From positions 10,248,175 to 10,312,174 of the forward strand of contig CM119264.1 of assembly GCA_051294375.1 (NCBI GenBank): a stretch of DNA of 64,000 nt, given 5' to 3'. Below, in pieces: positions 13,908-28,405 of the stretch (position 1 is its first letter; every line of letters starts with the position of its first letter). The DNA comes from Paraspadella gotoi (taxonomy: Eukaryota; Animalia; Chaetognatha). The notes beneath the pieces were generated by a model. It ran no database searches. It saw only the letters and a program-made list of their open reading frames with translations, and was not told the DNA's origin. The position numbers and the translations under genes were made by a program.

Positions 13908-14012
13908 ATGAATGAATGAATGAATGAATGAATGAATGAATGAATGAATGAATGAATGAAAGAATGAATGAATGAATGAATGAATGAATGAATGAATGAA
14001 TGAATGAATGAA
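13733..14012. repeat. Compound microsatellite (TGAA)n-(TAAA)n-(TGAA)n
   Basis: Directly visible; lies in the putative intron before 14152. Confidence 0.95.
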
Positions 14013-14151
14013 TGGGCTCCCCTCCCCGACCGGCATGAATTATGAAAAAAAAAAGAAATAAAAAAAAGTAATTCCCTTACGAACGATTGAAAATCTCACC
14101 ATAAATCAACCTTTTGTTTCCCGCCCATTTTTCCCCGCGTCTTTTTTTTAG

Positions 14152-14310
<159 letters not shown>

Positions 14311-14611
14311 TGATTGAACCGACAGGAACGGATGTATGGGCCGACCGGACAAGACGTTGACCAACCGAATTCCTAATACTCCCGATTAGTGAAGTATTTG
14401 GTTTAGTAGCAGAAGGATATTGAGTGACTGACGAAGGCTCTTAAGACAAGGGCGTGTGAATCTTGGTACTGAGTTTCGGGTCTTGCGTAAAAGGAAGAAA
14501 AAGAAAGAAAAAATAAAAATGAATAGAAAGAAAGCCGAAGAAAGAAAGAATAAAATAAATTGAGAGAGAAAGAGAAAGACAGACGAATTACATCGTTCCT
14601 TATGCCTTCAG

Positions 14612-14737
14612 AGTTCCCGGCGACATGGACGCAATGAACGAACTCCGTCGTCAAGTGGAAAACCTGGAGATCGTCTTCACCGAACCACAAATCACCTCTC
14701 CCCATGTCCCCAGCTCACTACTCAAAATATGGTACAG
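14612..14737 (+). CDS. ARHGAP39: RhoGAP paralogue 1 exon (VPGDMDAMNELRRQVENLEIVFTEPQITSPHVPSSLLKIWYR)
   Basis: cag| acceptor, AG|gtgaga donor, phase 2/2, HVP.SLLK.WYR RhoGAP motif. Confidence 0.9.
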
Positions 14738-14913
14738 GTGAGATGAGGGAACATTATATCTTAATTATATAATTTATATATTTTAATACGTACATCCCAA
14801 TATTCTGTTCTCGTCCCGTTCGACACGAAATATCTCGACAAGATGATGGATATAAAATTTGTAGATAAAGGGTCGGAAATTTACTTAACAATTCTAATTC
14901 TAAAATACGACAG

Positions 14914-15058
14914 AGAACTTACGGAGCCGTTGATTCCGACGCGATTCTACGATGAAAGCCTCACTAATCACGATAACGCTGCGGCTTTATTGGAAATCCT
15001 TTGGCTCATTCCCGAAATTAACCGAAACGTCCTCTCCTACTTGATTCGGTTCCTTCAG
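14914..15058 (+). CDS. ARHGAP39: RhoGAP paralogue 1 exon (ELTEPLIPTRFYDESLTNHDNAAALLEILWLIPEINRNVLSYLIRFLQ)
   Basis: cag| acceptor, CAG|gtcaga donor, 145 nt, EL.EPLIP and PEINR.VL.YL.RFLQ motifs. Confidence 0.9.
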
Positions 15059-15062
15059 GTCA

Positions 15063-15468
<406 letters not shown>

Positions 15469-16980
15469 TTCGAGAAAGCGAAGGGTTCCTTCTAGAACTC
15501 AGATCCTGTTACTTATATGAACCAAAGGAGCTTTGGAGATTTTGAAGAAGATTTTGAAGAAGATTCCTGGAAATATTATGGCATTACTTAAATAAAACAT
15601 TGCCTTCATATTAAAGAGAGAGTATTTCGATCTGTAAGTGCGAACGGCTGATTCAGGAATATCTGAAACCTCTTAAGGGTAAGCCATCTTGGCTACTAAA
15701 ATCAAGTTTCGGGCTAATTAAAAACCATCATGTTTTTTTTCTTGCTTTCGCACAGAGTACAATGGGCTGGCGGGAGAGGTCTCTTTAATTTCTCACCGTA
15801 ATGAAAATCTGCTGCCTTTGCAGATCCACCCTGTTAAATATTTTAGTGCCACATTTACGTACTAACCTCGAGATTTACTTTTATTTTGTCCCAATGTTTG
15901 TTTCGGTTTTGAATACACTTGATGTTAAAGTTATAAATATCGAACATCGTTGTTTGAAAAAGCAGATTGGCCTTTCTTAACCTTCCAGACATGTATTTAA
16001 TTCGCGTTTAACTTATAAAAGTTTAAATGATTATGAAATAAAACTTTCGTATCGTCTCGTACTTCTCAAGAATTTGTTTTTTTTTCTCTCAATAAAGTTA
16101 CGTATGAAAAACGCTTCATGATTTTTCGTTTGTATTTTTCATAAAACAACAGAAAATAGTAATAATACATCGGCGTGAATGATTTTTTTTAAATTCCCAA
16201 TATTTGGTTTTACTGTATGAACTATGATTGTTAATCGCGAGTCTAAATTCGTTCAACGAAAAAAAACCAAAACTTGATAATGTTCAGAATATCTGTCAGA
16301 TAGTTGACAAAGAAATTGACAATCGAATAGTCAAAAGTACAGTTGATCTACAAGAATAAAAATCATGATTATGTACAATGAATCTGGATAGTTTAAAGTC
16401 GATTCGAGCTATTTTAAAAAGCGAACCGTACTTGATGATTACAATAATTTAGGCCGACAATGGGCTTCTTTAATAGCAAGATTATAATAATATTAATGTC
16501 CCAAAAATATTTTTTTTTGGCAAATGAAGATAAATCGTTGGATTTATGTTTTTGTAACACAAGAATCGCGTTAAAACCGTTATTTTCTTCCATCGTTTTA
16601 TCGTTAGTAAAAAACTTATACAAAAATTGTTCTCTTTTTTTCAACCAAGACTCGTATAACAATAAATCCATTTTAAAATCGTATAAATACATGATATAAA
16701 ATTAAAATACTAACTTTAACTCTCAGAACAACCCGCAATTTTTCTCTCTTTCAAAAGGTACACATAAATCCTCTTGAATATTCCTTGAATGCCCATTTTC
16801 ATGATGCCGGTCCGGTAATAAGATTTTCGAAAGGACGTTTGAGTATTGATGCATCCTAAGGAAAAAGAAGAAAAAAAGAGGGACTCATCTAGCAGTAAAG
16901 TAACGAACAAAAGAAGAAAATGAACGGAAAAGGAACGAACGATTGTAAGTTTAAAACAAAAAAAGCAGTACCTAGACGAT

Positions 16981-17097
<117 letters not shown>

Positions 17098-17303
17098 TCA
17101 AGTAAGAGCAGATTGGGGGCAAGAAATTAAAAGAGGAGCAAAGCGATGGATGGATAATTAGTTAATTACGGCATCGCCCACAACGATCCACCTCTAACAA
17201 TAACATGTAATTCTCGGAAAATCCTGGGGAGTTAGGAAAAATCACGGGGATTCACGGTTAATCACCGACAATCACGAAAAATCACGGAAGCTGGTAAAAT
17301 TTA

Positions 17304-17610
<307 letters not shown>

Positions 17611-17704
17611 GCAACGATCAACAATAAAGAAAGAAATCAACCAACAATCAATTATATCAAATGAAGAAGTAGTGAATGTGGCGGCTGCGGCCATTCTTGC
17701 ATAC

Positions 17705-18316
17705 TAAGGCGTAGTAAAATTTCTAAATTTAACTTTAATTAAAATTCTAAAAGTGAGGAACGAACAACATTATATTAATGAACATTTATATAATAAAAAA
17801 ATTTATAATAAATTTTACAATTTACGCAGTAGGCCATATTTATACTAGTACTAAATCAATAAATGTTAAAATTTCAAAACAGTATTTTGTAAGATTTTTT
17901 TGCAGATTTGGATTCGTCATAAAAAGTTGATAAAAAGAAATATAACTCTTTTTAAAAAATTCCTTCATTAAGTGGGTAAAAAATTAGAAAAAGCTATATT
18001 TTAAGCTGAAAATTAACTTTTTATATATTAAATATAGTTTTTTTAATTTTTAACCCACTTAATGAAAGAATTTTTAAAAATGATTTATATTTTCTTTTAA
18101 CAACTTTTGACGAGGAATTCAAATCTGCAATCAAAATTAAGATAAGCTTATTTTGAAATTTTTCGATTTTATAAGGATAGTACTATGTATAAATATAGCC
18201 TACTGCGAAAATTAAAAAACATAAAATTAATTTTTTTTACAAATTAATGTTCACTGATGGTATGTTGTTCATAATTGACTTTTAGAATTTTCGTATGTAA
18301 CTTACACTACGCCTTA
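17705..18316. mobile_element. 612-bp foldback hAT-type MITE with 8-bp TSD (TTGCATAC) in an intron of RhoGAP paralogue 2
   Basis: Termini TAAGGCGTAGT...ACTACGCCTTA; inverted arms of about 300 bp throughout (e.g. ttcattaagtgggt/acccacttaatgaa, tgcagatttg/caaatctgca); exact direct repeat ttgcatac at 17697-17704 and 18317-18324. Confidence 0.88.
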
Positions 18317-18328
18317 TTGCATACCCAC

Positions 18329-18473
18329 CTGTAGGAACCGGACGAGATAGGCGAGGACGAAGCGGTTGATCTCCGGGAGCGTCCACACGATCTGGAGGAT
18401 GTTTTCTGGAGTCGCGAAATTATCGAGGACTTGATCGTAGTACTGGGAGGGTATCAGGGGTTCGTACAGCTCT
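18329..18473 (-). CDS. ARHGAP39: RhoGAP paralogue 2 exon (ELYEPLIPSQYYDQVLDNFATPENILQIVWTLPEINRFVLAYLVRFLQ)
   Basis: 145 nt, same size and phase as the paralogue 1 exon; canonical splice sites. Confidence 0.92.
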
Positions 18474-18517
18474 CTGAAGGAAAAAAAATATTGTTTTCAT
18501 TATTTTTCGTTCTGTTG

Positions 18518-18603
<86 letters not shown>

Positions 18604-18610
18604 CCCTCAC

Positions 18611-18814
18611 CCTGTACCACAACTTCAAACAGCGAGGCCGGCACGTGGGGCGTTTGGGAGAGGGGCGGGGCCATGAGGGCGTTGGAGGCGGGGGCGAGGG
18701 CGCCGGGTGAGGCTGCAAGGGCGCCGGGGGACGACGCCCGCCGCCTCGGAGGGTAAGTCCCACTCTTCGATGCGCAGCTTTAAGGCGTTTACTTCGTCGA
18801 TGTCTCCAGGGACC
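18611..18814 (-). CDS. ARHGAP39: RhoGAP paralogue 2 exon with three apparent +1 homopolymer insertions (VPGDIDEVNALKLRIEEWDLPSEAA/ASSPGALAASPGALAPASNALMAPPLSQTPHVPASL/LKLWYR)
   Basis: Homology continues across frame changes at about 18737-18739, 18627-18629 and 18610-18612; as written the frame hits a TGA. Confidence 0.8.
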
Positions 18815-19877
18815 CTGGATGTCGGAGTAAGTTAGGGTTTGGGTGAGTTGGCAATGCGGGTGGATAAAATTTATGGAGATTCTTTCTATAGTGAATTGAA
18901 CGTTCTAAAACTGAATATTGACTACCTGACATTAGAGACTGACTATTTTATCGTCTTTTCTTCGTGCTACTAGGTTGTAATAATAAATAATAACTAACGA
19001 AATAAAAATGCGATTACAAACAAAAGACTCTTCTTGAATCCATGTTTATGACGTTTAGCTTCGACGCTTCTTCCTCCCCGACCAAAAAAAAAAATCTTTC
19101 TCTTCTCTCTCCCATCTTTTATTCGATTCTTTTCATCCGACTCTGTATATGCAAAGCGATGTATGCAGAGCGAGAAGTCGTAGCGGGCGAGAAGCCAAGA
19201 TCGGAACTCCGACCGGGGGGGGGTGAGAGGGGGGGAATTGCCAAAGGGGGGGGCCAACTTTGATATGGGGGAAGGCAGAGGAGAGAAGTTGGGGAGACGA
19301 AAAAGAAAAGATGGGAGAAAGAGGGATGTTGAAGGAAGTTTAAACTTCGGGGGGGAATAATAAAAAGACTTGAGACTGTGGAGGGACGTTAGAAGAAAGG
19401 AGGATACGGCTCGCGAGCCCCTGGACAATAAAAAGGAAAACTGCCAAAGAAGAGTGAGAAAAAGACAATCTGGCAAAACGAAACGGTTGGCCCGAAGGCG
19501 GAAGGAAACCAAAACTTTTCTTCCATCGACGCAGCGCCCCCTTTCGATCTCTGACATCCGTTTCATCCCGGATGTGAGAAAAAAAAATTATAACATCAAC
19601 AAGTGAACATCTTCTCTTCCCTCCATCCGCCCCCCCAGATATCTCCTCCCGGCCAAAAAAAAAAATGGCGACGATTCAAAATCATCTTATTTCTGTCGTC
19701 GTCGTTGTTGTCGTCGTCGTCGTTGTCGTCGTCGTTATCCGCCTCATCGTCGTCGTTATTAGGGCGCTCCCTTTAGATCGCAGCCGACGCTTGGAGAAAT
19801 TGGAAAAGTTTTATTATCCGCCAGCGGAAAGTAGCTTATTGCATAACAACAAGGGATTCTCTCTCACACACACGGTT

Positions 19878-19918
<41 letters not shown>

Positions 19919-20299
19919 TCTGTGAGCTTCACCATTTTTTTCTGTTTTCATTTTTTCTGAGCGAGGGCGAGAGAGAGAGAGAGAGAGANNNNNNNNNNAA
20001 GAGAGAGAGAGAGGGAGAGAGAGAGGGAATGAATCCACATTCATTTTCTCATTTTCGCTCACTCTCACTCTCGCACACACAAAGAGAAACCGCTCGCCCA
20101 CACAGGCGGCTCCTCTGGCCTTCTTTTTCCTCCTTTCCGGAATTCTGTTCCATCATCTCATAAAAAAGAAATGTCAGGCGGTCGGAGATGGCGAGGCTCC
20201 TCAATTCCAGACAGAGAAGACATGAAACCCTTATTTATATTCTCGCTTTTCAAAAAGTCATCCCGGAGCTTATGGAGGAGAGAGAGAGAGAGAGAGAGA

Positions 20300-20404
<105 letters not shown>

Positions 20405-21136
20405 CAGAGAGCAGAGAGAGAGAGAGGAAAGGGAAAGGTTGGATGAAAGGAGAAATATGTGAAATTGCCGATCTCTCTCTGTCTACAATCTGGGAACTAG
20501 AGAAAAAAATTTGACAGAGAGATAGGAGAGAGAGAGAAAGAGATAGAGAGAGAGAGACGACCTCGACAAAAGCCGTGGCCGCGTTGGGTTTTGAAAAACG
20601 CAAATGTGAATTCCGTTGGGGTTTTTTATATCCTTGGCGGATTTTCACGTACTCCCTTCCTCTCGTAAATCTCGGACTCGAGGGTGAGTTTTAAGATTCC
20701 TTCGTTGACTCTGCGGAATCGACTGCGCGGATGGGTCAGTATGGTATTGGTGGCAATAGTGGTGGTGGTGGTTTAGATGGGTATGTTATGGTTGAAAACA
20801 TTTCTATGAGTAGTCGAGGGCTTGTCTTTGTTTTTGACACATACTTTTTCTTCTTGGGTAGTGTTTTCTATTCGTCGTTTTCGTCGTCTTTTTTTTTCTG
20901 TTACTCAGTACAGAAAGTTACTTCTTTTTTAGATTCAAAAATGATGAAAGAAATCTACCATCCTATTGTTATTTATTTTAACGTTTTTAACTACATCACC
21001 ATCTAAAATCGTTTTCTCTCAAATTATGATTCCGCTCTTTTGTTTCCAACACCCTTTTCTTCTCTCCCATCCTCGCCTCACCTTCGAAACTCACCAGCTC
21101 CACCCCTATCCCGCCCACATCACACCCACGCCCTCA

Positions 21137-21331
<195 letters not shown>

Positions 21332-22309
21332 TTAAAAACTTTATTTGTTTATTACTTAAAACTAATTGTCAAAAATGATCTCGCTAAAACCTGGGAATGA
21401 GAAGTATTTTTTACAATCGAGTTTGAGTTTAATTTTGTAATTTTTCTAAAAAAAAGATTTTTTTTTCCTCCTTTTTTTCATTGGCTTTTTTTTTCTCTGT
21501 GTTCTTTGCTTATCGCACATTGAGCTATTTGCTAATCAATAAACTCTGTTGGTGTAAACTAATTGCATTAGGCGAAGGATGGAAGAGAGAATCGAATAGC
21601 AATCACTTCCCATTATTTCGGGGTTAATTGGTTCTAATGAGAGAAAAAAAACAATGTATTTGATCAACGAACTCGTAACGAAGGAAACTCATCAATTAGA
21701 CGAGGGAAACGGTCTTTTATTCAAATCCACCCGCGCGAAAGGGAAGGCCGTCGTTAGAAACAAAGATTGCATAAAGCCGTGAAAGTTGTGGAAGCCTCGT
21801 GGGTTGTACGAGCCGTGAATAACTTGAACGCTTCAAAGTTTTGAAAACTCGGAATGTTGTGGGAGCTTAACAATTTCTTTTTAAAAACATGTAAATCGTA
21901 AAATTTCACCAACTTATCTTTAAGAAAAAAAATATGATCACACCAGAATGTTGTACATTGTACAATATACTTTCTCAAATGCTGTACATATAAGACGAGA
22001 GGAAAGCTGTGAAGTTTTGAAGGCTGAAAAACATCACCCCAGTTCGGAGTTCGAGAAAACCTTGGGCATAGCGAACAGCGGGACTAGAGACTATCCCACA
22101 GAGACAAAAGCGGTAGGGATTTTAAAAAACGAGTTCTAATGGTCGGACTTGGACGAAGCAAAGTTTCCGGTGGAAAGGGCGCCCCGTCGCGAAAGAGGAA
22201 TTAAAGAGTTCTTAGTTTCAGACCTTTCACGTCCAATCATTTTGTTCGATTTATTCGATATATATATTAAGTTAATAATTCGGCAGATACAAACGTTTTC
22301 CTTTAATGC

Positions 22310-22448
22310 CATCCGGAACTCAATTCCAAATTATATCCGGTTCTCATCTCTATCCCCGTTACATCCGGAACTCAACTCCCCAAAATTACATCCGGGTCAT
22401 ATCTCTATCCCATTACATCCGGTTCTTAACTCGGCCCATATACATCCC
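22310..22448. repeat. Degenerate ~27-bp minisatellite with core ttacatccgg (5-6 units, alternating subtypes)
   Basis: atccggaactcaa... and atccgg...atctctatccc... units alternate. Confidence 0.75.
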
Positions 22449-24811
22449 CCTCTTCGGTCGGCAAACGCCTTCGGGAAGAGCGAAGAAAGAAGAGAAGAAA
22501 AAAAAGCGAGAGAGGAAGAGAGAGAGTCTATTTCGCGCGGTTCATTAAAGTTTCTTTAAAAACACGCTTAAACTTTAATGAGATAAAATCGTATGCATAA
22601 TGGATGAATCGGCGTCGTTTTCCATTTCAAATGCGGAAGAAAAAAAAACGGTCGTGGGTTGTTGGTCTCGCGGAACTTGTCTTCATTACGGAACCGACAA
22701 TCTTATTCCCTTCATCGGCAAAGTCCCGCGACTTAGAAAAAAAACAAAACAAGTTGCGTTCTCTCTAAAAACCGTCTCAGCCGTAATCTTGTTTTGTAAT
22801 CGAATTGGACATCATGCCGTTTGGTCTTGATTAGCCAACTATACAAATAAACATTAATTGAATAAAAGATTTGCCGTAGGAGACGATAAAATTGTAGGGA
22901 AAAAAACTGGAGCGAAATCCACTCTTCAAATGTCAACTCATTTCAGCTACAAAAAACTTAACCTTACCATAACCGTAACCTTATCTTAATTAAACTTAAT
23001 CTGACCCATAACTGTAAAAATAATTTCATCTGTAACGCACCCAAGCTCCTCCCCTAAATCTTCACTCGCTCCCACTCTGTCTCACTCTGTGTCTCTTTTC
23101 CTCCCCTCTCCGTCTTTAATCTGTCTCAATCCTCGACCCTCGAGTTTAAAAGAACAAATTCTTTTCTCATCAACTTCCGCCTCGTCCTCTTCCTCCTCCT
23201 CCTCCTCTTCTTCCTCGACTCTCTTGTCAATTCTTCCGACATCTCTCCCTCTCCCTCTTTTTAATTCCCAACCTTTTTCCCCTTTGTCTTCATCAGCCTA
23301 TCATCTTTCGCTGCCATTTCTTGTTCATTTTACGTTTAACCGTTCTCAAAACCATTTCCCGACTCGAAATCTTTATCTTTCGCTTTCTCTTTTCCGTCTT
23401 CCAACATCTTCTTTTCCGCCATCTTTCTTTTTTCATTCTGTTCCAACAAGTTTCCTTAGGGAACTACCACGCATCCTGCCTTCACTTTCGAGATAATCTC
23501 ATTCGCGTCTTTTCTTTCCTTTCTTTCATTTTCCCTCTTTTCTCCTTTCAATTCTCACTCTCAACTTCCCAGTCGTCTCATTCGCTTCCCTCTTCCCAAC
23601 ATCTCTACCACGCATCCCCTTTTTATCCTTCCATTCTTACCACCATTCCCTCCATTTTATTTCTTTTTATACCATCACTACCACGATTCCCCCAATCTTC
23701 TCTTTTTTCCCACCATTCCCTACCGCGTTTCCCCTTATTTTCTTCTTTTTATCCCAAAAGGAGCAAACCTCTCAGAGCCTCGAGGATCCGACATCTTTTT
23801 TTTTTCAATCAAGACTTCCACTCTCACCCAAATTAAACTTCTCGGCTTTAATTACCTAATTGTTTTCCGTTGCCTGACAACGAAAACGGAGAAAGGAAAG
23901 AGGGGGGAGGGGGCGAGGGGGCGAGGGGGGAGGAGATAGAACTCCCAACGATGATCGCTTTCCTCTCAGTTGATCACTACTGGCCTAATGGAAGCCGTTG
24001 TCTCGACGTAGGACGTTTGTTTCATCATTATGGTTTCGTCTTAATGGCGGGAATTGAGAGAAGAGACGTGGATCTCGGCGAAGAGATCGACTGCCTCGTG
24101 TCTCGTGTCCGGCGGGTATGAGTCGCTTAGCGAGCTTCGCTAACGATACTTCGCTTTCTGCATGAGTTTACGTTTGGCTTTATTGATAGTTTTCAGATTT
24201 TACAGCTTGGGTAGTATTTAGCGCAATATATTTTATAAACTGTAAAAAGTAAAAAGTAGGAAAGAAACGTTTGCCCCCTGTAATAATTATCGTCTCTGTA
24301 TTAACTCCTTTTAACCATCTTTTATTTATTTTATTTATTAAATTGACGTTAGTATCTTGAGCAGCAATGCGTTTTTCGACCAGTCAAACTCGATTCAACC
24401 ATCTTCCATACATATATATCTTCATCCGTCGATTCGACTTTAACTAGACTTCCGAATGAAACCTCTTCGGCCGCCACACACCCCTCCCCCCTGTCCGCTC
24501 CAAAGTCAATCCCCTTCCAATCTTGCTTCGCCCCTCCGCGGTGGCCCTCTCCCGAGAATGAGCCATTGAGGCGAAGTCGACCGGTGAATACAGAAGAGGA
24601 ATCGGAGAAGAAAAAGGAAAGGGAGGAAGAGGAGGAAAAGAAAAGGAAGAAGAGACGTGGCGGAGGAAGGGGGAGTGATGGAAGGAAGCCCAGTGAAAAC
24701 ACTAAACGTCGAAGAGAAGAAGTCAAGGTCGATGGCAGTGACCATTGGGGTTCTCGAGAGTGAGGGGGGTGAAGTGATTGGGGGGTCAGAATTGCCAGCA
24801 GATATTACAAT

Positions 24812-25096
24812 CAGGGGCGGCGAGAAAAAATAGAAAAAAGAAGGAAAGAAAAGAAAGAATAAGAAAAATTAGAAAATAGTCAGAAGGTTTAACAAATTTA
24901 GACTCCTCGCTCAGACTACAGGAGAGGCACAATGATTGCGATTAAAAAAAAGTTTAAGTAAAACTCCAATGCCAGGTTGAAAGTCCTGGAAGCAGAAGTT
25001 TGAGCACTGGAGCAATTTTCACAACAGAAAGTCGATAATCGAAAACTAAAAACCAGGGGCGAGTGGAAGAGCCAGCCATTTCTCTCGCCACCCCTG
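24812..25096. mobile_element. 285-bp hAT-type MITE
   Basis: TIRs CAGGGGCGGCGAGAAAAA / TTTCTCTCGCCACCCCTG; flanking 8-mers attacaat / gttacaat (7 of 8 match, TSD-like). Confidence 0.75.
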
Positions 25097-25345
25097 GTTA
25101 CAATAAAAGTATTTTGACTTGGAAGAAGGAACTAACAGAAATCCTTAATTTATTAGTAACTTAATAATGTGTAAGAAAGATAAATATTAAACTTAATCTA
25201 ATTAAAAGTTAATAAAGGAGAGTAAAAATTCTGAATCTTTCAACAACACCGAACAACAAGCGGCCCCCTCAGGGTAACCTGTTGAGATTTAGAAGTCTGG
25301 TATTGATGGGCTCTCTCTCTCTCTCTCTTCGCTCTCTGGTTCTCG

Positions 25346-25415
<70 letters not shown>

Positions 25416-25509
25416 TCTCTACCTCTACTCATGTGTTGTGGTGCTTTTGAGTTATTCCATGAGATTACATTTTATGGTTATCGATAAAAGGAAATCAACC
25501 GCAAAGCGA

Positions 25510-25607
<98 letters not shown>

Positions 25608-25832
25608 GTCTTGTTTCATTTCATTCTCTTATTTTTTAACACGTTTTCGACAATAAAAGGAAATGACAATGCAAATCCCTTTGCTTAACCGTTTTCGAAA
25701 GTTTTTCCATCCGTTAGAGAAAATAAAAATTGAAACGACTTTTTCTGTTCACCCACCCCACTCTTTTACTTTCCTCTCTCCCCTCTCTGCTCCCCCTCTT
25801 ACTTCAATCCCAATTTTTGTCGCTGCAACAAG

Positions 25833-25915
<83 letters not shown>

Positions 25916-26235
25916 GGAGAGATAAAAGAGAGAGAGAGAGAAAATAAAATGCAATGTTTTGGATTTCTGCGTTAGAAACTTTTTGGGCTTGCGCTCGAAT
26001 CGGTAGGGGGAGGGTGAGGCCGCCTTTGGGTAAAGCGAAGTTGTAAAAATCCTCCCGCCCTCTGCCGGCGGCGCGAAGAAGAAAAGAAATCGGCGTGCGA
26101 ACAAAAGACGGCACGGCGGCGTCGTTAAAACTCAACGAGTTTCTCCGTTCGGTTTTGAAAAACTTCTTTTCGCTTCTCTCCGCTTCTCCCGCTTAATCTT
26201 TCGAATTACAGAGGGCTAATAGAATTTCCAAAAAC

Positions 26236-26296
<61 letters not shown>

Positions 26297-26388
26297 CTCT
26301 ATCTCTCTCTCTCTCTCTCTTTTTTCTCTCTCTCTTTTCTCTCTCTCTCTCTCTCGCTCCTCCTCTCTATCTCTCTCTCTCTCTCTCT

Positions 26389-26462
<74 letters not shown>

Positions 26463-27359
26463 ATTCTCAGTCTGTTTTATTTTATTCCAATGCGTGCTTG
26501 TTGTTTCTCGCCCTATTTCCTTTTCTTTCCTTTTCCGTTTTCTTTTTCTTTTTTTAAATTTTTTTTCTTTCGATTTCTGTTTCGTTTCTTTCAAATTCGT
26601 CGAATTTTTGACGAATTTCGTCGCCAGAGTTTTTCGTTTTATTTCTTGGAAAAAAAAAAGTTGAGATTCCAATTTCGCTGTCATCGCCGGAAATTCGAAC
26701 ATCAGCTGGCTCGTTGGAGGGGGGATGTTGAAAATGGAGGAAGAGAAAAGGGAGGAAGAGAAAAAAGGTGAGACAAAGAAATAGAATGGAACAAATTAAA
26801 AAGAAATCGAGGAAAACTAGGAAGAAAAAAGTTGCCAACAAAAGGGATGGGAGTATGTATGTATAAATAAAGCTAAGTAATAGACAAGCGAGGAAAAAAA
26901 TGGGGGGGCCTAAAACGGAGGAAGGGAAAAGCAAAAAAAAAAAGGAGGGGGAAGACAAAAAAACGGGAGACGAAGAAAAGAGAAGGAATTATCGCGAAAA
27001 TAATTCATGGCGAATTAGGAAGGGGAACGACGACGACAGCGACGACGACAGCGACGTCGACGGGGTTAATTGAAAGCGACACCTGAGCTCAGAAAAAACG
27101 AAATGCGTACAAACAAAAAAAAAAGAACATCATGGCTCGATCCACGACAAATTAGGTCTTTTTTTTTTCATCGATGTTGCATGTTGAATCTGAGATTTGT
27201 TTTGGTTTTGTTTGTTTTTAAAATTTCACTAAAACACTTACTCTCCCTTTCATTTCTTCACTGCCTTCCATGCTTTCTTTCCTTCGAATCTCCTCTTCTT
27301 TTTCTATTTCCTTTCCTCCTTTTCTCCCCCCCCTCTCTCCTTCATCCTTTTCTTCCAAC

Positions 27360-27545
27360 CTGAGGGATGATCGCGCAGTAGGTGGAGAGAACGCCATTTT
27401 TGTTGGGCAGGGTGGCGATGTGGTGCGTCCCCGGGATGGCGTGGGTCAGCAGGAGCGGAGACCCGTTCTTGAAGGAGTTGGTCAAGAGTTTGTCGGTCGG
27501 GAGGTTGTTTTCGTGGAGGCCTTTGCGGAGATGGTCCACGTGACC
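27360..27545 (-). CDS. Ig-like membrane protein, cytoplasmic exon (GHVDHLRKGLHENNLPTDKLLTNSFKNGSPLLLTHAIPGTHHIATLPNKNGVLSTYCAIIPQ)
   Basis: cccag| acceptor, strong GC3 bias, phase 0; ends at CAG|gttgga, or reads on to a stop at 27342. Confidence 0.78.
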
Positions 27546-27952
27546 CTGGGAAGTATGGAGGCAGGCAGAGAATATGGAGGAAATTGAGCGAAAATAGTTT
27601 TGTAATTCGTAAAGGAAAATTTCAAATATCTGATTTATAAATAGAAAGTAGAAAATATATTTCGCATAAAGAATTAATGAAAAACAAAACAAAATTCGCT
27701 TTCGTTTTAGGAATCGACGGAACGAAATTGAATGCAGTTTCAATTAGTTTTTTGTTTTTTTGTTTTTTGTTTTTTGTTCGAATATGAAATAAATTCTTAG
27801 TTTTTTTTGTTTTTGTAGATCTTTTCTTTCCTCTTAAAATTGTTTGGTTCTTTTCTATCCGTAAAAAAGTAGACGTTATTTGCTTAAGAAAGTTTAGAAG
27901 CCTTCACAAACTGTTGATGCCATTCCACAGTCTAAATATCGTCTTTTCTTAC

Positions 27953-28111
27953 CTCGCCCGAATCGGTGCTTCCCGGACTAAGGTGTCCGACGCAGTGACG
28001 GGTAGGTCCCCCTCCGTTCGTCGCCGTCGAACAAAAGGCGAAGAGAATCTTTCGTTTGTATATGAGGAGACCGAAAAATATCGTCATCGACACCAGGAGG
28101 AGAAAGAGCAA
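27953..28111 (-). CDS. Ig-like membrane protein, transmembrane exon (LLFLLLVSMTIFFGLLIYKRKILFAFCSTATNGGGPTRHCVGHLSPGSTDSGE)
   Basis: tttcag| acceptor, GAG|gtaaga donor, phase 0/0; hydrophobic stretch of about 20 aa followed by a KRK stop-transfer signal. Confidence 0.8.
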
Positions 28112-28245
28112 CTGAAAAAGCGAAAAAAATAAAAGACAGTCATAAATTATATCATAAGGAGACGACCAACATTTGCAAATAAAGCAATTCACCAAGAAAA
28201 CAAACAATAATTAATATTTAAAGAAAAACATCTACGTATGCTTAC

Positions 28246-28405
28246 GGTAATGTTCAAGGAATGTGAGGATATCGAAGATGGCGACGACGACGACGACGAT
28301 AGCGGCGACGCTGTGTCTGCTTTGAAGTCGACAACAAAGTCTTTGGTCGCCGCCGCTCGCGAACCCACGGCCGACAGCTGGACGTAGAGCTTTTTCGCGT
28401 CGAAC
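28246..28405 (-). CDS. Ig-like membrane protein exon, F/G strands plus Ser-rich stalk (FDAKKLYVQLSAVGSRAAATKDFVVDFKADTASPLSSSSSSPSSISSHSLNIT)
   Basis: ttcag| acceptor, ACC|gtaagc donor, phase 2/0 consistent with neighbours. Confidence 0.75.

Noticed and set aside
22310-22448. CRISPR-like short repeats with spacers
   Set aside because: The spacers are similar to each other, the core is only about 10 bp, the context is eukaryotic and there are no cas genes; it is a minisatellite.
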